From IMG/VR virus record IMGVR_UViG_3300042346_001601: a stretch of DNA of 64,000 nucleotides. The stretch is one strand, 5' to 3'. A program made the translations under genes and the position numbers. The notes under the pieces are model-generated. The model saw only the letters and a list, made by a program, of their open reading frames with translations, was not told the DNA's origin and searched no databases. The DNA is from a virus (lineage: Duplodnaviria; Heunggongvirae; Uroviricota; Caudoviricetes). This document shows, one piece after another, positions 54,901-64,000 of this stretch (positions are counted from its first letter, which is position 1; every line of letters starts with the position of its first letter).

Positions 54901-57900
54901 AGGATAGAAAATCGTAGTCAAAATCTTTCAGATCGAAGAAACTGAAAGCACCTGAGTAGAGAGTAGCTACATCCCAAACATTGAAATTGCCATCACTACC
55001 CAGGCTGATAATAGCTTTAGTATCTTCCAAACTTGCGACCAAAAATTCATTGTAGCCCCTGAATTCAGTCACGGTGCCCGAAGTCAAGGAGGGATTATTA
55101 TTGTAGATTGGACGGTCGACGTATCTGGTAACCGAGGAAATTCTAGAAACGGAACCTACCACTCCCCTACCTCCTTCCACTTCGATCCATTTGCCAGGGG
55201 TAATTTTATCTTTCTCGTTGATTGAAAAGGCAACTCTAGATTTAGAGAAATCAGTACCACCAACGAAATTCAGATTTCTATCTAAAGCTGAAACGTCATA
55301 GTTCTCAATTTTAATCAGACCTGAAGTTGTAAAGGTGAAGTAATTTTGCCAAGTGTTATCCTCCGTAGGAGGAGGATTCGTGTTGCCGGAACTTGGGGCT
55401 GTAATGGCAGAAGAAGCTGTGTAGTAGACATTAAAATAGGAGACAATTTGACCTGCGGAATAGCCGGCCGTGCTGGACCAAATTCCGGCATAAGAAGACT
55501 CAAAAGAATCATAGTCAGAAAAGACTGCAATCTTAAAATCTGTGTTGTAATTCGCTCCGCTGTTTCTGGCTCTAATGATAGCGTTATTGTCAGAATTAGC
55601 AGAATCCCAGATAGTGCTGCTGATGGAGAGAACACATTGAACAAACGAAGATGCGACTTGGGACGTTTGGCCCTGAGAGAAATTGAAATAGTGGGTGTTG
55701 CCGTTGTTATAAGAACTTCCAGCCTGCCAATTGAGAACGCTGCCTCCCAATAAGGAAGATTGAATCAGGTCGTATTTTTCATTTAAAGGTCCTCTAGTTC
55801 CATTCGGCCAAATGATCTTGAAGGTAACTGGAGTACTGCTATTAAAAGTTGATAAAAACTGGATATTAATGTTGGCGTGACCGGAAGATTCAGGTAAAAA
55901 ACCCGAAAAACCACCTATTCTTTCATTGGGGCCGGTAAAATCAAGTAGATTTAGTTGCCTATTGAACACAACTAAATTACCGGATTTCATTTCCATATTC
56001 GACTCAGTTCCGAAATTACCAGAAGGCAAAAGAGGTCCGAATTGACCACTTACCGGGGTGTTGTTGGACCAAGTTTGGGTGGTGGAATCGTAATTTTCAT
56101 TTCTGAGGAGGGAATAAAATTTGTCGTTTTTATCGGTGATATAGAAAAGCTTCTGTGGCTCTAAAACATTTACATCATAGGAGCCAGGAATCCAAGAATT
56201 TGCCTCTTGATAGAAAAGTCTGACTCCGGTCGTGCTACTCAAATAATTAGGGTCAGTACTACTAGCATATCCGACATTATTGGTGGAAGGTTTAGGTAGA
56301 TTGTTGTTGCCGGACAGGTTACGATATTGATAGAAGAAATCTCCATTCAATTTAAAACTTCCTAAATCATTTCTGGAAACATACAGACCAAAATATCTGT
56401 TGATGGAATATAAATCAGAATCAGGATCATTAAAGAGAAATTCTAAATTCAATAAATTGGGAATTATGATCCCATTTCTCTCAAAACCTCCTGTCACATA
56501 ATTCTCGAAATCTATCTGGGGGGTGGAGTTGTTGGAAATCAAGAAATCGTACATCAACTCCCCTTTTTTACTATAACTACCTGTTTTGATATCTACTCCT
56601 TGGTAGTAAGTAAAGGCATTAAGCTGATAGGAGAAATCCAAAGGAGCTGAAGAAAATCCAGGATCGTTAATGATAGATCTAATATATTTACCTATAACGG
56701 TGTCCTCTCGAAGATCAAAAGTTGCTATAGCAGCCGCGTTTGGAAGGATTTTACTGTTGAAGTATGAATTAACGTCATCAACTTCAGGCTGGAAAAGAGT
56801 CTCGTTCATTAGCACAACTTTACCAGATCCTGATACAATTTCGTAGGTTGAGTAAACAGAATTTCCAACCATAAATTCTCCAGCCCTATACAAAATAGGC
56901 CGGGCAAAATTATCAACCCCATAAGAGATGACAAAAGGATCAGGTGAATTGACGTCTTGAATAATTTTGTACTGGGTCCCGCTCAGAATTTCGGTTTGGT
57001 TTGTCGAATACGGATAACTCAAAGGCCCCGGGATTTTAAAGATGACAAAGAAATCTGGAATCTCATCCCGCAACCACAATGGCTGGAAGTACCGGAAATT
57101 CTCGTTGTAATTTCTATCAACAAGTGTAGAGGCACCAGAGCCATAGAAGAAATCGTACTGAGAGCTAAAGCCTTCCACTGGCCGGTCCTCCCCATCAGTA
57201 AGTTTTGCAACTTCAAAAATAACATTTTCTGGCACGGTTCCGTTCATGAAGAATCTGTACAGATCTTTAGAATAGGCGTTTTGTCCCGAAACTCGGTATT
57301 TTTTGAATCTTTGATCGCTAAGAACTGGATTTGCATCCATTGAATTCATCCAAACTGAACCATTAGAGTCCAGTGTTAATTTCACATTTCCTGTTAATTT
57401 TGGATTTGTTCTTAGAACTCCAAAGGAAGAATTGTAATCAAAAAGTTTGGGTAAGAAAGTGCAAAGTCTACCTGTATCGGTTGCTATAACACCCGCAATG
57501 GTGGTCACATTTCTGAGGCAGATATTGCAGATTTCAGAAAAAGCAGAAAGGGAAAAAGGTTGTGAAGTGCCATCGCATCTGGTAACAGTGATAGTAACGG
57601 GATACGAATTTGTGTTTGCGATACACCATCTGATACAATCGTAAATAATAGGAGTAGGGGTAACACTCGGGGTAACACTCGGGGTCGGGGTGCTAGTAGG
57701 GGTGATACTCGGGGTTGGTGTGTTGGTAGGGGTGATACTCGGGGTTGGTGTGTTGGTAGGGGTGGTACTAGGGGTCGGAGTATTAGTAGGAGTGATACTC
57801 GGGGTCGGGGTGTTAGTAGGAGTGATACTCGGGGTCGGGGTGTTAGTAGGAGTGATACTCGGAGTCGGGGTGTTAGTAGGGGTGACGCTCGGTGTTACAC

Positions 57901-60900
57901 TAATAGAAGGAGTAATGCTAGGGGTTGGGGAGTTAGTAGGAGTGATACTAGGTGTCGGGGTGTTAGTAGGGGTGACACTCGGGGTTACAGTGGCAGTAGG
58001 GTTTGAGCACTCACAAATATCAAAACCAACTCCCGCTGGACTGCTGCTGCCTGGATTAGGTGGCCAAACATTAGTTAAGGTTAGGCTTGAGAAGCCCAAG
58101 GGGTTCTTAATTTCCACAACCAGAGAAACCTCATCGTCATAATTGCCAGGAACGGTTGTTAAGAGATTTTTTATATAGCTACCGTTTACATTGGTTCCTA
58201 TTTCAAAACTTGATCTATCACCGCACCAAATAACTGGTTCTAGACTAGGAGTTCCAGTGTTTGTTGTAAAATAGATAAACTCTGAATTACTGTTTTCATC
58301 TACACTAAGGTACAAAATCCTTAAAGTAATTGTAGAAATTGGTTGGCTGAAATTCAGGGTATAATTAGCATTAACCGGCGAAGAGTAGAAAGTATCGATC
58401 AATCCTGAATATTTGTTATTATAGGAATCGAAAATAATTTGCTGAATGTCGCAACCGTAAGTAGGTTCGGGTGCCGCGATTCTCAGTGCATTAGGTGTTG
58501 TAGTTGAAGCTGTAATAGTAACACCATTCCAATTAATTGATCTATACAACCAACTTGTACTAGGAAAAACGTTATTAGGAAAGGGTGGAGAAATGAATTT
58601 ATTAGCAGTTATACAACAAGGGGCAGGACTAGTAGAAGTTAAAGTAGGGGTAGGAGGAGGTGCGCAAATATACCCAGTTCCTCCAGGATTGGTGCATCCT
58701 CCTTGCTGTGAAACTATATCACAAGGATCTGAAACTATCCACTGGGCACAGAAAGTTCCACTTTCCCCCGGAAGCACAGAAAATGAAACAAAATTTACCG
58801 AGGGATCGCAATCGGCATATGAAACCTCGCAAGGCTCACCTATTAGATGTGCATCACAGGCTTGTTGGCTAGTGATGTACCCGTTACCCCTACCGTATAA
58901 GGGATACCAAGTACCAACAGGAGAAAGAGTAGGGGATACAGTAGGGGTAACCGTTGGGGTAGGGGTTGGAGAAGGAGTTGCAGATTCAGAAGGGGTTAAA
59001 CTATTAGTTGGAGTTGGAGTCGGGGTACCAGTTTCGCTCGGGGTTGGAGTTTGAGTAGCAGTTTCACTTGGGGTTGGAGTCGGGGTTCCAGTCTCCGTTG
59101 GGGTTGGAGTTAGAGTTGGGGTCTCGCTCGAAGTTGGGGTTGGAGAAGCGGTGATACTCGGGGTTGGGGTTGAACTAGCGGTTTGAGTAGGTCCTGGTAT
59201 TTCAGGTTCTCCTGAAAAAGACTCACTCGAAGCCCCTTCGATATTCATGAACACCGTATACACTCCTAAATTGTCAGATACGGAAGGAGTTGGGGTTGGA
59301 GTTGAGGAGGGGGTTGGAGTTGGGGTAACATCACAAACACCAGACAGTGAAATTTGTCCCGACGATGCAGTTCCTAGCAAAAGCCAGCGGGGCTCTAAAT
59401 CACACGGGTCCTGTCCAAAAGCATAAAAAGAATTGGCAGAGTTGCTAAAAGGATCTGCTAAATTCGGGGTGTTATAAATAAAATCGCCAGGGCCCAGATC
59501 AGATAGAGGCTTAGTGGACCAGGCAACTACAGGAAGTGGACACGGATCATTATCATTATAGTAATTATAGCAATTACAAATGATTGGTGTGGTAGAAGGA
59601 GTTGGGGTGTTTGTCGGGGTTATGCTGGGAGTTGGTGTTTGTGAGGGAGTCTGAGTGGGGGATGGAACTGGATAAGCACTGGACTCAACCAAGCAAACAT
59701 TATCTAAAACCGGTCCGAAACAAGTATTTGGAGAGCTTCCCCTAAATTGGATAGTATTTGAAATTTGGGTAGCAGTAAAAATAACAGATTTAGTTTCCCA
59801 TCCAAAATCAAAGAAAGGGTTATTGGAAGTAGTCCCGATTACTGCACTAGGGAGTATGTTATTAGTGGATAACAAAGTCCCATTTAGTCTAACCTGAACA
59901 GTTCTCGAAGAATTGTCAGCAAGATTTTGTTTATTAGCGCCAATGTTATAACTTAAAATATAGACAGTACCAGGAGTGAGTGTTAAAGCTTGTTGAACGG
60001 TCCCAAAGGCTGCACAGGAGGATAAATTAATAAAGACGTTGTCTGAATTCGGGCCAAAGAAATTAGGAAAATAAGCTGATCTAATGCTTCTAACATCCAC
60101 GTTGCTAAGGGACCAACCTACTACAGAACCACCCGTTTGGGAAGCTACAGAATTTTGAAAATCCCCATTGACGAAAAGATTAGCCTGAGTACAGGGGCTA
60201 TTGGGGCAGATAAAATTAGTAGCTTGAAGAGCGGCGTTGTAAATAGTTTGTAGGCCTGGGGTATTGTTATAAAGACTTTGGATGGAAGAAGGACCTGGGC
60301 CTGGACCCACCAGGTTGATCATCATTGGATTCCCTGTGATTGGGTCATTGGAAGCAACTTGGGAATATAAGGCAGATGAATAGCACAAATCTGTAGGAAT
60401 TCCTGAAATGCTAACCGAACAAGCAGTAAAATTTGGATCATCAGAATTCCCACCAACTCCAATGACAACTATCTCTGAAGTTCCAGGCATGCCATAAAGA
60501 GACAACTGTTTGAAAAGTGTAGCTTGCTGTAAAAGATAAGCATTAGGTGAACTAGGATTTGTACTCGGATTTCCATCAACTATTAAAACAAGAACTTTCT
60601 TGGCATTGGGTCTACCATAGGAAGTTGCCAGGCTAATAGCTGTATTAATCCCCAATCCTGGATTGGTACCACCAGGAAAAGAAACCCCTGAATAGTCCAG
60701 ACAGGAAGGATAAGAAACCGACTGTTGGCAGAAATAATTATAGATCTGGTTATAATTAGATGAAAACTGCAAACTGTTCAGAGAAGGCTGAATTTGGGGG
60801 TCAGGAGACACATCTGACCAAGAATAAGCTGCAACTCTTACTTTACCCGAATTTATTTCATTGATAAAATTATTGACTATCTGGAGAGAAACTAGTCTTT

Positions 60901-63250
60901 CTGCAATGATTGATCCATTGTATGGGGTGTTAGTGCCAGCTGAAACTGAAATGTCGTATGCAATAATCAGATCAACTTCACAAGGTGGGGGTTCCTGAGT
61001 GCAAATACCCCAAACGAAATTAACAGCCATTGCATTAGTTATCGATACACTTATAGATGTGTGAGTACCTGGAAAATAAATAGTTCCAAAACTTTCATTT
61101 CCCGTTACTTCGTTAGGACCAGTTTTAGTTAATGGGAAAGAGAGGGTTGGGTCCTGCAGAACACAGACAATTTCTAAGTTACTGGTGAATTGAGCAACTC
61201 CCGTTGTTCCTCCACTTCCAAGAGAGTAAATTGCTAGAGAAGGATCCGTAACTGGTCTATCGAAAGTGAAAGTGTATACTTCCGTTCCCGTTACCTGATT
61301 TACATTCAGGCCCAAAGCTTCAGTCAGCTGGGGATTTTTAGGACAAAGTAAAGCAAAATATGGGGTATTTGTAACATTATAATAGGAAGTGTTGGGTTGA
61401 GTGGACGAAACGGTAACAGTGGCAATCTGACTGTTCCCCGTATTGTTATTTTCATAAAATCTACCTACCCTATCAAATATATTATTTAAATTCCAAAAAC
61501 TCCAAGAAATGTCTTGAGGAGGACATCCAGTGGATCCGGCAGGGGAAGGAGAAACAGTTGGAGTATTTGAAGGGGTGGGTGAATTGGTTGGGGTGACGCT
61601 TGGTGTTTGTGATGGTGTGTTATTAGGGGTTTTTGTGGGGGTGTTTGTTGGAGTTTTGGTAGGAGTCTGGGTGTTGGTAGGGGTCTGGGTGTTGGTAGGA
61701 GTCTGGGTGTTGGTAGGGGTCTGAGTATTGGTGGGGGTCTGGGTGTTGGTAGGGGTCTGGGTGTTGGTAGGGGTAACAGTAGGAGTTACGCTGGGCGTAA
61801 CGCTAGGTGTTTGAGAAGGGGTTGAGTTAGGAGTCTGGGTGTTGGTAGGAGTCTGGGTGTTGGTAGGAGTCTGGGTGTTGGTAGGAGTCTGGGTGTTGGT
61901 AGGGGTCTGAGTATTGGTGGGGGTCTGGGTGTTGGTAGGAGTCTGGGTGTTGGTAGGGGTCTGGGTGTTGGTAGGGGTCTGGGTGTTGGTAGGAGTCTGG
62001 GTGTTGGTAGGGGTAACGCTCGAGGTTGGAGTGTTGGTAGGAGTCTGAGTGTTGGTAGGAGTCTGAGTGTTGGTAGGAGTCTGGGTGCTGGTAGGAGTCG
62101 GGGTGTTGGTAGGGGTCTGAGTATTGGTGGGGGTCTGAGTGTTGGTAGGAGTCTGGGTGTTGGTAGGAGTCGGGGTGTTGGTAGGGGTCTGAGTATTGGT
62201 GGGGGTCTGAGTATTGGTGGGGGTCTGAGTGTTGGTAGGAGTCTGGGTGGGGGTTGGGGTAGGAGTAGGAGTAGGACAGACTCCTCCTGTACAAAGAGGA
62301 GCAGAATTGTTGTATCCGCAAGTAGTGGCATTAGTAAAAATAGAAACGTTATCTACAATTGCCCGGGCACACAACCTTCCCGAATCACCTGTGGAAAGAT
62401 CAATGGCTTGAACTGCACCTTCACAATCAATATAATTGACAGCAATAGTATTTCCCGTTGTGTTGTTGTACTCATAACATCTACATTCAAAACCACAAAA
62501 ACCCCCTGGGGAACATCCTACTACGGTATTCCAACAACCTGAATTATATCCAGGGACAGGAATTACATTAAAAGCAGCATTGATCCCCTTATAACAAACC
62601 TGAATCCTTGTTCTAGGGCTGAGCGTCGTTGATATTGTCAGATTGTTACAACCCGTATAAGAAATAAATCCTGTTTGGGTGTAAGAGATGTTAACAACTT
62701 GCATGCAGTAACATGCATCTTCGGGGACAACACTGTTCTGAATGGGTCCCGTGGATCCGATGAAATCGGCCGTTCCTCCTTTTACTTCAGGCTGGGCTAC
62801 CCCTATAAAAAAACCAAAAGATCCTGTTCCCCCTGTAAGTCCTTGGTCAGGTCCAAAGCTTAGAACTTCCTGTCGGCAGGAACAACTTTCTAGATCAACT
62901 GAAAAATTGTCGAAATTTTCATATTCATAGACATAACAAGGAGCCGAAGTAAGACACGGAGTTGGAGTAGGGGTTGGAGTCACGGTACTCGTTACCGATG
63001 GTGTAGGCGTAGGGGTGGGAGTAATAGAGGGGGTGGGAGTTGGGGTAATCGAACCACAAGAGCTTTCTTGTGAGACCCCACCTTCTTCACCAATAATAAA
63101 TAAAACAGAATTTTCTATAGCACAAATTGAAGCGGTTGCACCCGCTCCCACATTAAGTTGTTCGGTTGACCCATCAACACAATCTTGGTAATCATAAGTT
63201 GCTGCTTGTAAACCTACCTGACTTACTAAGTAATTATAACAATTTGGCAT
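51914..63250 (-). CDS. giant 3778-aa virion/adhesin protein: Cys-rich modules, Pro/Thr linkers, vWA domain, carbohydrate-binding-like domain, long C-terminal structural region
   Basis: uninterrupted ORF; v[26 protein letters not shown]; LFVNGDF...GPVLDNV DUF642/galactose-binding-like segment. Confidence 0.8.
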   Translation of the reverse strand: MPNCYNYLVSQVGLQAATYDYQDCVDGSTEQLNVGAGATASICAIENSVLFIIGEEGGVSQESSCGSITPTPTPSITPTPTPTPSVTSTVTPTPTPTPCLTSAPCYVYEYENFDNFSVDLESCSCRQEVLSFGPDQGLTGGTGSFGFFIGVAQPEVKGGTADFIGSTGPIQNSVVPEDACYCMQVVNISYTQTGFISYTGCNNLTISTTLSPRTRIQVCYKGINAAFNVIPVPGYNSGCWNTVVGCSPGGFCGFECRCYEYNNTTGNTIAVNYIDCEGAVQAIDLSTGDSGRLCARAIVDNVSIFTNATTCGYNNSAPLCTGGVCPTPTPTPTPTQTPTNTQTPTNTQTPTNTQTPTNTPTPTNTQTPTNTQTPTNTQTPTNTPTPTSTQTPTNTQTPTNTQTPTNTPTSSVTPTNTQTPTNTQTPTNTQTPTNTQTPTNTQTPTNTQTPTNTQTPTNTQTPTNTQTPTNTQTPNSTPSQTPSVTPSVTPTVTPTNTQTPTNTQTPTNTQTPTNTQTPTNTQTPTNTQTPTKTPTNTPTKTPNNTPSQTPSVTPTNSPTPSNTPTVSPSPAGSTGCPPQDISWSFWNLNNIFDRVGRFYENNNTGNSQIATVTVSSTQPNTSYYNVTNTPYFALLCPKNPQLTEALGLNVNQVTGTEVYTFTFDRPVTDPSLAIYSLGSGGTTGVAQFTSNLEIVCVLQDPTLSFPLTKTGPNEVTGNESFGTIYFPGTHTSISVSITNAMAVNFVWGICTQEPPPCEVDLIIAYDISVSAGTNTPYNGSIIAERLVSLQIVNNFINEINSGKVRVAAYSWSDVSPDPQIQPSLNSLQFSSNYNQIYNYFCQQSVSYPSCLDYSGVSFPGGTNPGLGINTAISLATSYGRPNAKKVLVLIVDGNPSTNPSSPNAYLLQQATLFKQLSLYGMPGTSEIVVIGVGGNSDDPNFTACSVSISGIPTDLCYSSALYSQVASNDPITGNPMMINLVGPGPGPSSIQSLYNNTPGLQTIYNAALQATNFICPNSPCTQANLFVNGDFQNSVASQTGGSVVGWSLSNVDVRSIRSAYFPNFFGPNSDNVFINLSSCAAFGTVQQALTLTPGTVYILSYNIGANKQNLADNSSRTVQVRLNGTLLSTNNILPSAVIGTTSNNPFFDFGWETKSVIFTATQISNTIQFRGSSPNTCFGPVLDNVCLVESSAYPVPSPTQTPSQTPTPSITPTNTPTPSTTPIICNCYNYYNDNDPCPLPVVAWSTKPLSDLGPGDFIYNTPNLADPFSNSANSFYAFGQDPCDLEPRWLLLGTASSGQISLSGVCDVTPTPTPSSTPTPTPSVSDNLGVYTVFMNIEGASSESFSGEPEIPGPTQTASSTPTPSITASPTPTSSETPTLTPTPTETGTPTPTPSETATQTPTPSETGTPTPTPTNSLTPSESATPSPTPTPTVTPTVSPTLSPVGTWYPLYGRGNGYITSQQACDAHLIGEPCEVSYADCDPSVNFVSFSVLPGESGTFCAQWIVSDPCDIVSQQGGCTNPGGTGYICAPPPTPTLTSTSPAPCCITANKFISPPFPNNVFPSTSWLYRSINWNGVTITASTTTPNALRIAAPEPTYGCDIQQIIFDSYNNKYSGLIDTFYSSPVNANYTLNFSQPISTITLRILYLSVDENSNSEFIYFTTNTGTPSLEPVIWCGDRSSFEIGTNVNGSYIKNLLTTVPGNYDDEVSLVVEIKNPLGFSSLTLTNVWPPNPGSSSPAGVGFDICECSNPTATVTPSVTPTNTPTPSITPTNSPTPSITPSISVTPSVTPTNTPTPSITPTNTPTPSITPTNTPTPSITPTNTPTPSTTPTNTPTPSITPTNTPTPSITPTSTPTPSVTPSVTPTPIIYDCIRWCIANTNSYPVTITVTRCDGTSQPFSLSAFSEICNICLRNVTTIAGVIATDTGRLCTFLPKLFDYNSSFGVLRTNPKLTGNVKLTLDSNGSVWMNSMDANPVLSDQRFKKYRVSGQNAYSKDLYRFFMNGTVPENVIFEVAKLTDGEDRPVEGFSSQYDFFYGSGASTLVDRNYNENFRYFQPLWLRDEIPDFFVIFKIPGPLSYPYSTNQTEILSGTQYKIIQDVNSPDPFVISYGVDNFARPILYRAGEFMVGNSVYSTYEIVSGSGKVVLMNETLFQPEVDDVNSYFNSKILPNAAAIATFDLREDTVIGKYIRSIINDPGFSSAPLDFSYQLNAFTYYQGVDIKTGSYSKKGELMYDFLISNNSTPQIDFENYVTGGFERNGIIIPNLLNLEFLFNDPDSDLYSINRYFGLYVSRNDLGSFKLNGDFFYQYRNLSGNNNLPKPSTNNVGYASSTDPNYLSSTTGVRLFYQEANSWIPGSYDVNVLEPQKLFYITDKNDKFYSLLRNENYDSTTQTWSNNTPVSGQFGPLLPSGNFGTESNMEMKSGNLVVFNRQLNLLDFTGPNERIGGFSGFLPESSGHANINIQFLSTFNSSTPVTFKIIWPNGTRGPLNEKYDLIQSSLLGGSVLNWQAGSSYNNGNTHYFNFSQGQTSQVASSFVQCVLSISSTIWDSANSDNNAIIRARNSGANYNTDFKIAVFSDYDSFESSYAGIWSSTAGYSAGQIVSYFNVYYTASSAITAPSSGNTNPPPTEDNTWQNYFTFTTSGLIKIENYDVSALDRNLNFVGGTDFSKSRVAFSINEKDKITPGKWIEVEGGRGVVGSVSRISSVTRYVDRPIYNNNPSLTSGTVTEFRGYNEFLVASLEDTKAIISLGSDGNFNVWDVATLYSGAFSFFDLKDFDYDFLSSKYGETPTPEFHRYFQLVPDQPGQIVEGVKYIVRSGEILVDKGSPTERILGPGSAFIGTTVNYFQDILFSETGTLSVVYPAVFSQVGWVDPQTPYPTTIVPEQNLNSFEGFYGIQSISNEMPIPNPLEKAELFEYGKLETEYQYLWENFTQTRANFSRIVPFVNKWGFLGGTDARGNVYRLNSSPAFSPTNFSPSFQKESPDPRYLTHEWLILQGVPPQFPIDDISKQKSYLPGEVDFQKLRSGNPNYALYFNSFFTVSTADYPAPYYSLKYQGYEYFSNLNFNYATGFYETVFRGVKIVLKKRSSVTNPKSELEKYIINYRGYENYNFSAILKVVPEDDSEIQSPVRYEFIENVQQKCVLLVVYVVIKDYRALPLGSTGGTGGTPYLDYLLMYCMSDKKEATDVGTTGATGPTGSPLYDIADIKLSAALNLSTTSDSSVTLFSNSGKIFTIENPDFDTDLREEINLFYPIGSTGSVSDTGPGSFYVPSQSYTYPWPVGRSQNLVDFQAIEPGAYEFQIPFAFSSPVTIPVGPRSAYANYPVFQVDGGEDYFDFILKRISLSQIYLRVNNESPYISYTTYDWDPIAESTLVSQNSFQVSFTEPTALYKPTGLYPVKSYEGPQTLGTSVVTSYQIENGGSELASDILRYGGAYEPLFKKVLRFKGDKTDSISGNPGADITFRNCTFAPEQEGFGLIENLAFSKVSLDQNILQASQNLPQGPVFPLVGQSPISYKNFSVFLSSWDPGYYNLWTSATTQNPVAGTRSMKENKSFLGSKMMQTPYTVTIYTFITLELVRTSGNTNVDAINTQAVAAVPAIQNLNPSTSNTGVGQLGNYLSNVDLPVFDQDIFPQVEIFWQRNEISNTVIGSIRLDRILRRYLLNSGVSQVFVDNMVSEFGLGNPNSIYDDINTYIDQNIVPIYEGITFDLFVKKTGEALTTTELLVRGDLINPDRIRYGYYQQNNYRLTKITDLIYSFEYPLTVGQNYSLTFSFRIQKI
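57650..58000 (-). repeat. 30-bp coding tandem repeat ([10 protein letters not shown])n
   Basis: repeated gtgatactcggggt(c/t)gg(g/t)gtgtt(a/g)gtagg units. Confidence 0.9.
61545..62275 (-). repeat. 18-bp coding tandem repeat (TPTNTQ)n
   Basis: repeated ggagtctgggtgttggta / ggggtctgggtgttggta units. Confidence 0.95.
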
Positions 63251-63299
63251 TTAGATTCTGGTTTAGTAACTCTATCATTCTGTTTAATCTACTCTCTAT

Positions 63300-64000
63300 T
63301 TATCCAACGTTCAAACCACCTTGCGAAGAGAAATTAGGAGAAGAAAGGGTGTCATTCTTGTATTTTCCTGTCGCTTCTAGATCGAAAGAAAAAGGACTTT
63401 GATTTTTTACCTGAATATCAATGCCCATTTTTTTTGTATAAACAATATTGGTTGGATTACCATCTGCCCTAAATCCACCAATATAACCTAACTTATCAGT
63501 TGTCCTAAATTGAAAGATAATAGGGATAATAATGGCATTATTTGAACCCTGCTGGACTGGCTGGAATGCCAAAGAAGTTGAACCTTGAACCTGAACTACG
63601 GATGAAGTTACGGGACCTAAAAAGAAATAAGAGCCACAACTATATCTGCCAATCAGCCATTCATCAGAACTTTCAAAACCCCACTTTAAAGGAAACATAG
63701 AATCTTCTCTAGTAGCAGTAGGTCCCTGTACAAAATCATCTGTAACCGGACTGTATGAAATCTGCTTCCAGTAGTTGGGTAGATTCGCATCATAATAGAA
63801 ATAATCGGATTGTCTGAAGGCCGGGTACACTACCACACCACCGGCAAAATTGGGTTTAACTAAATTAGTAAAAGTTTGACCTGTCACCAAAGCTGGGTGA
63901 TCTTTATGAATACAAAATTCGCTCAGATAGCCACCGCCAACTCCCGCATAACTACCCGTAGAGCCAGTATAATTACCATTCCAAACCGCCGGACCTGTGC
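63300..64000 (-). CDS. 3' part of a putative structural protein running off the right edge
   Basis: frame stays open from 63998 (TGPAVWNGNYTG...) through the ORF-track segment to the stop at 63300. Confidence 0.7.
   Translation of the reverse strand, partial: TGPAVWNGNYTGSTGSYAGVGGGYLSEFCIHKDHPALVTGQTFTNLVKPNFAGGVVVYPAFRQSDYFYYDANLPNYWKQISYSPVTDDFVQGPTATREDSMFPLKWGFESSDEWLIGRYSCGSYFFLGPVTSSVVQVQGSTSLAFQPVQQGSNNAIIIPIIFQFRTTDKLGYIGGFRADGNPTNIVYTKKMGIDIQVKNQSPFSFDLEATGKYKNDTLSSPNFSSQGGLNVG

Noticed and set aside
57690-62411. Alternative-frame repeat ORFs (e.g. 57690..58142, 61786..62331, 61827..62321, 61530..61724)
   Set aside because: Shadows of the Pro/Thr tandem repeats of the giant gene
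1-64000. Eukaryotic giant virus origin (annexin, MBD4, TATA-like box, LRRs)
   Set aside because: T4-type gp32, primase and UvsW, GTG/TTG starts, overlapping operons and intrinsic terminators indicate a bacteriophage
1-64000. Stop-codon reassignment (code 4 or 15)
   Set aside because: Known genes are full length under code 11 and terminate at TAG, TGA and TAA at expected positions
1-64000. tRNA, rRNA or tmRNA genes
   Set aside because: Intergenic gaps are short and none showed cloverleaf or T-loop (GTTCRA) context by eye; a tRNAscan run would be needed to be certain

Overview
This is a 64-kb segment of a large T4-related (jumbo/huge) dsDNA phage genome, densely coding and mostly on the minus strand, read with the standard code. 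The host is probably Bacteroidota. It carries a T4-like replication and repair module: a family B polymerase split into two genes about 21 kb apart, two topoisomerase II subunits, primase, a gp32-like SSB, UvsW/UvsY, a RuvC-like nuclease, UvsE and an MBD4-like glycosylase. It also has nucleotide metabolism genes (RNR with the ATP-cone on the beta subunit, dUTPase-like, adenylate kinase), chaperones (DnaJ, Hsp20), and a tail/adhesin region ending in a 3778-aa Pro/Thr-rich protein. The strongest unexplained structure is an apparent late 'head-cargo' regulon. At least 17 exact GATATATA boxes sit upstream of genes, and about 17 proteins share an N-terminal [FY]xx[FY]..E motif resembling the T4 capsid-targeting sequence. 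The candidate cargo includes a tandem array of three GC-rich LRR genes whose 63-bp repeats vary mainly at predicted ligand-face codons, plus RimK-RimB, adenylate kinase, an annexin-lysozyme and a Pol-beta nucleotidyltransferase. A 59-aa Hc1 histone-like gene missing from the ORF track was also found. All family assignments come from motif recognition by eye, with no database searches.
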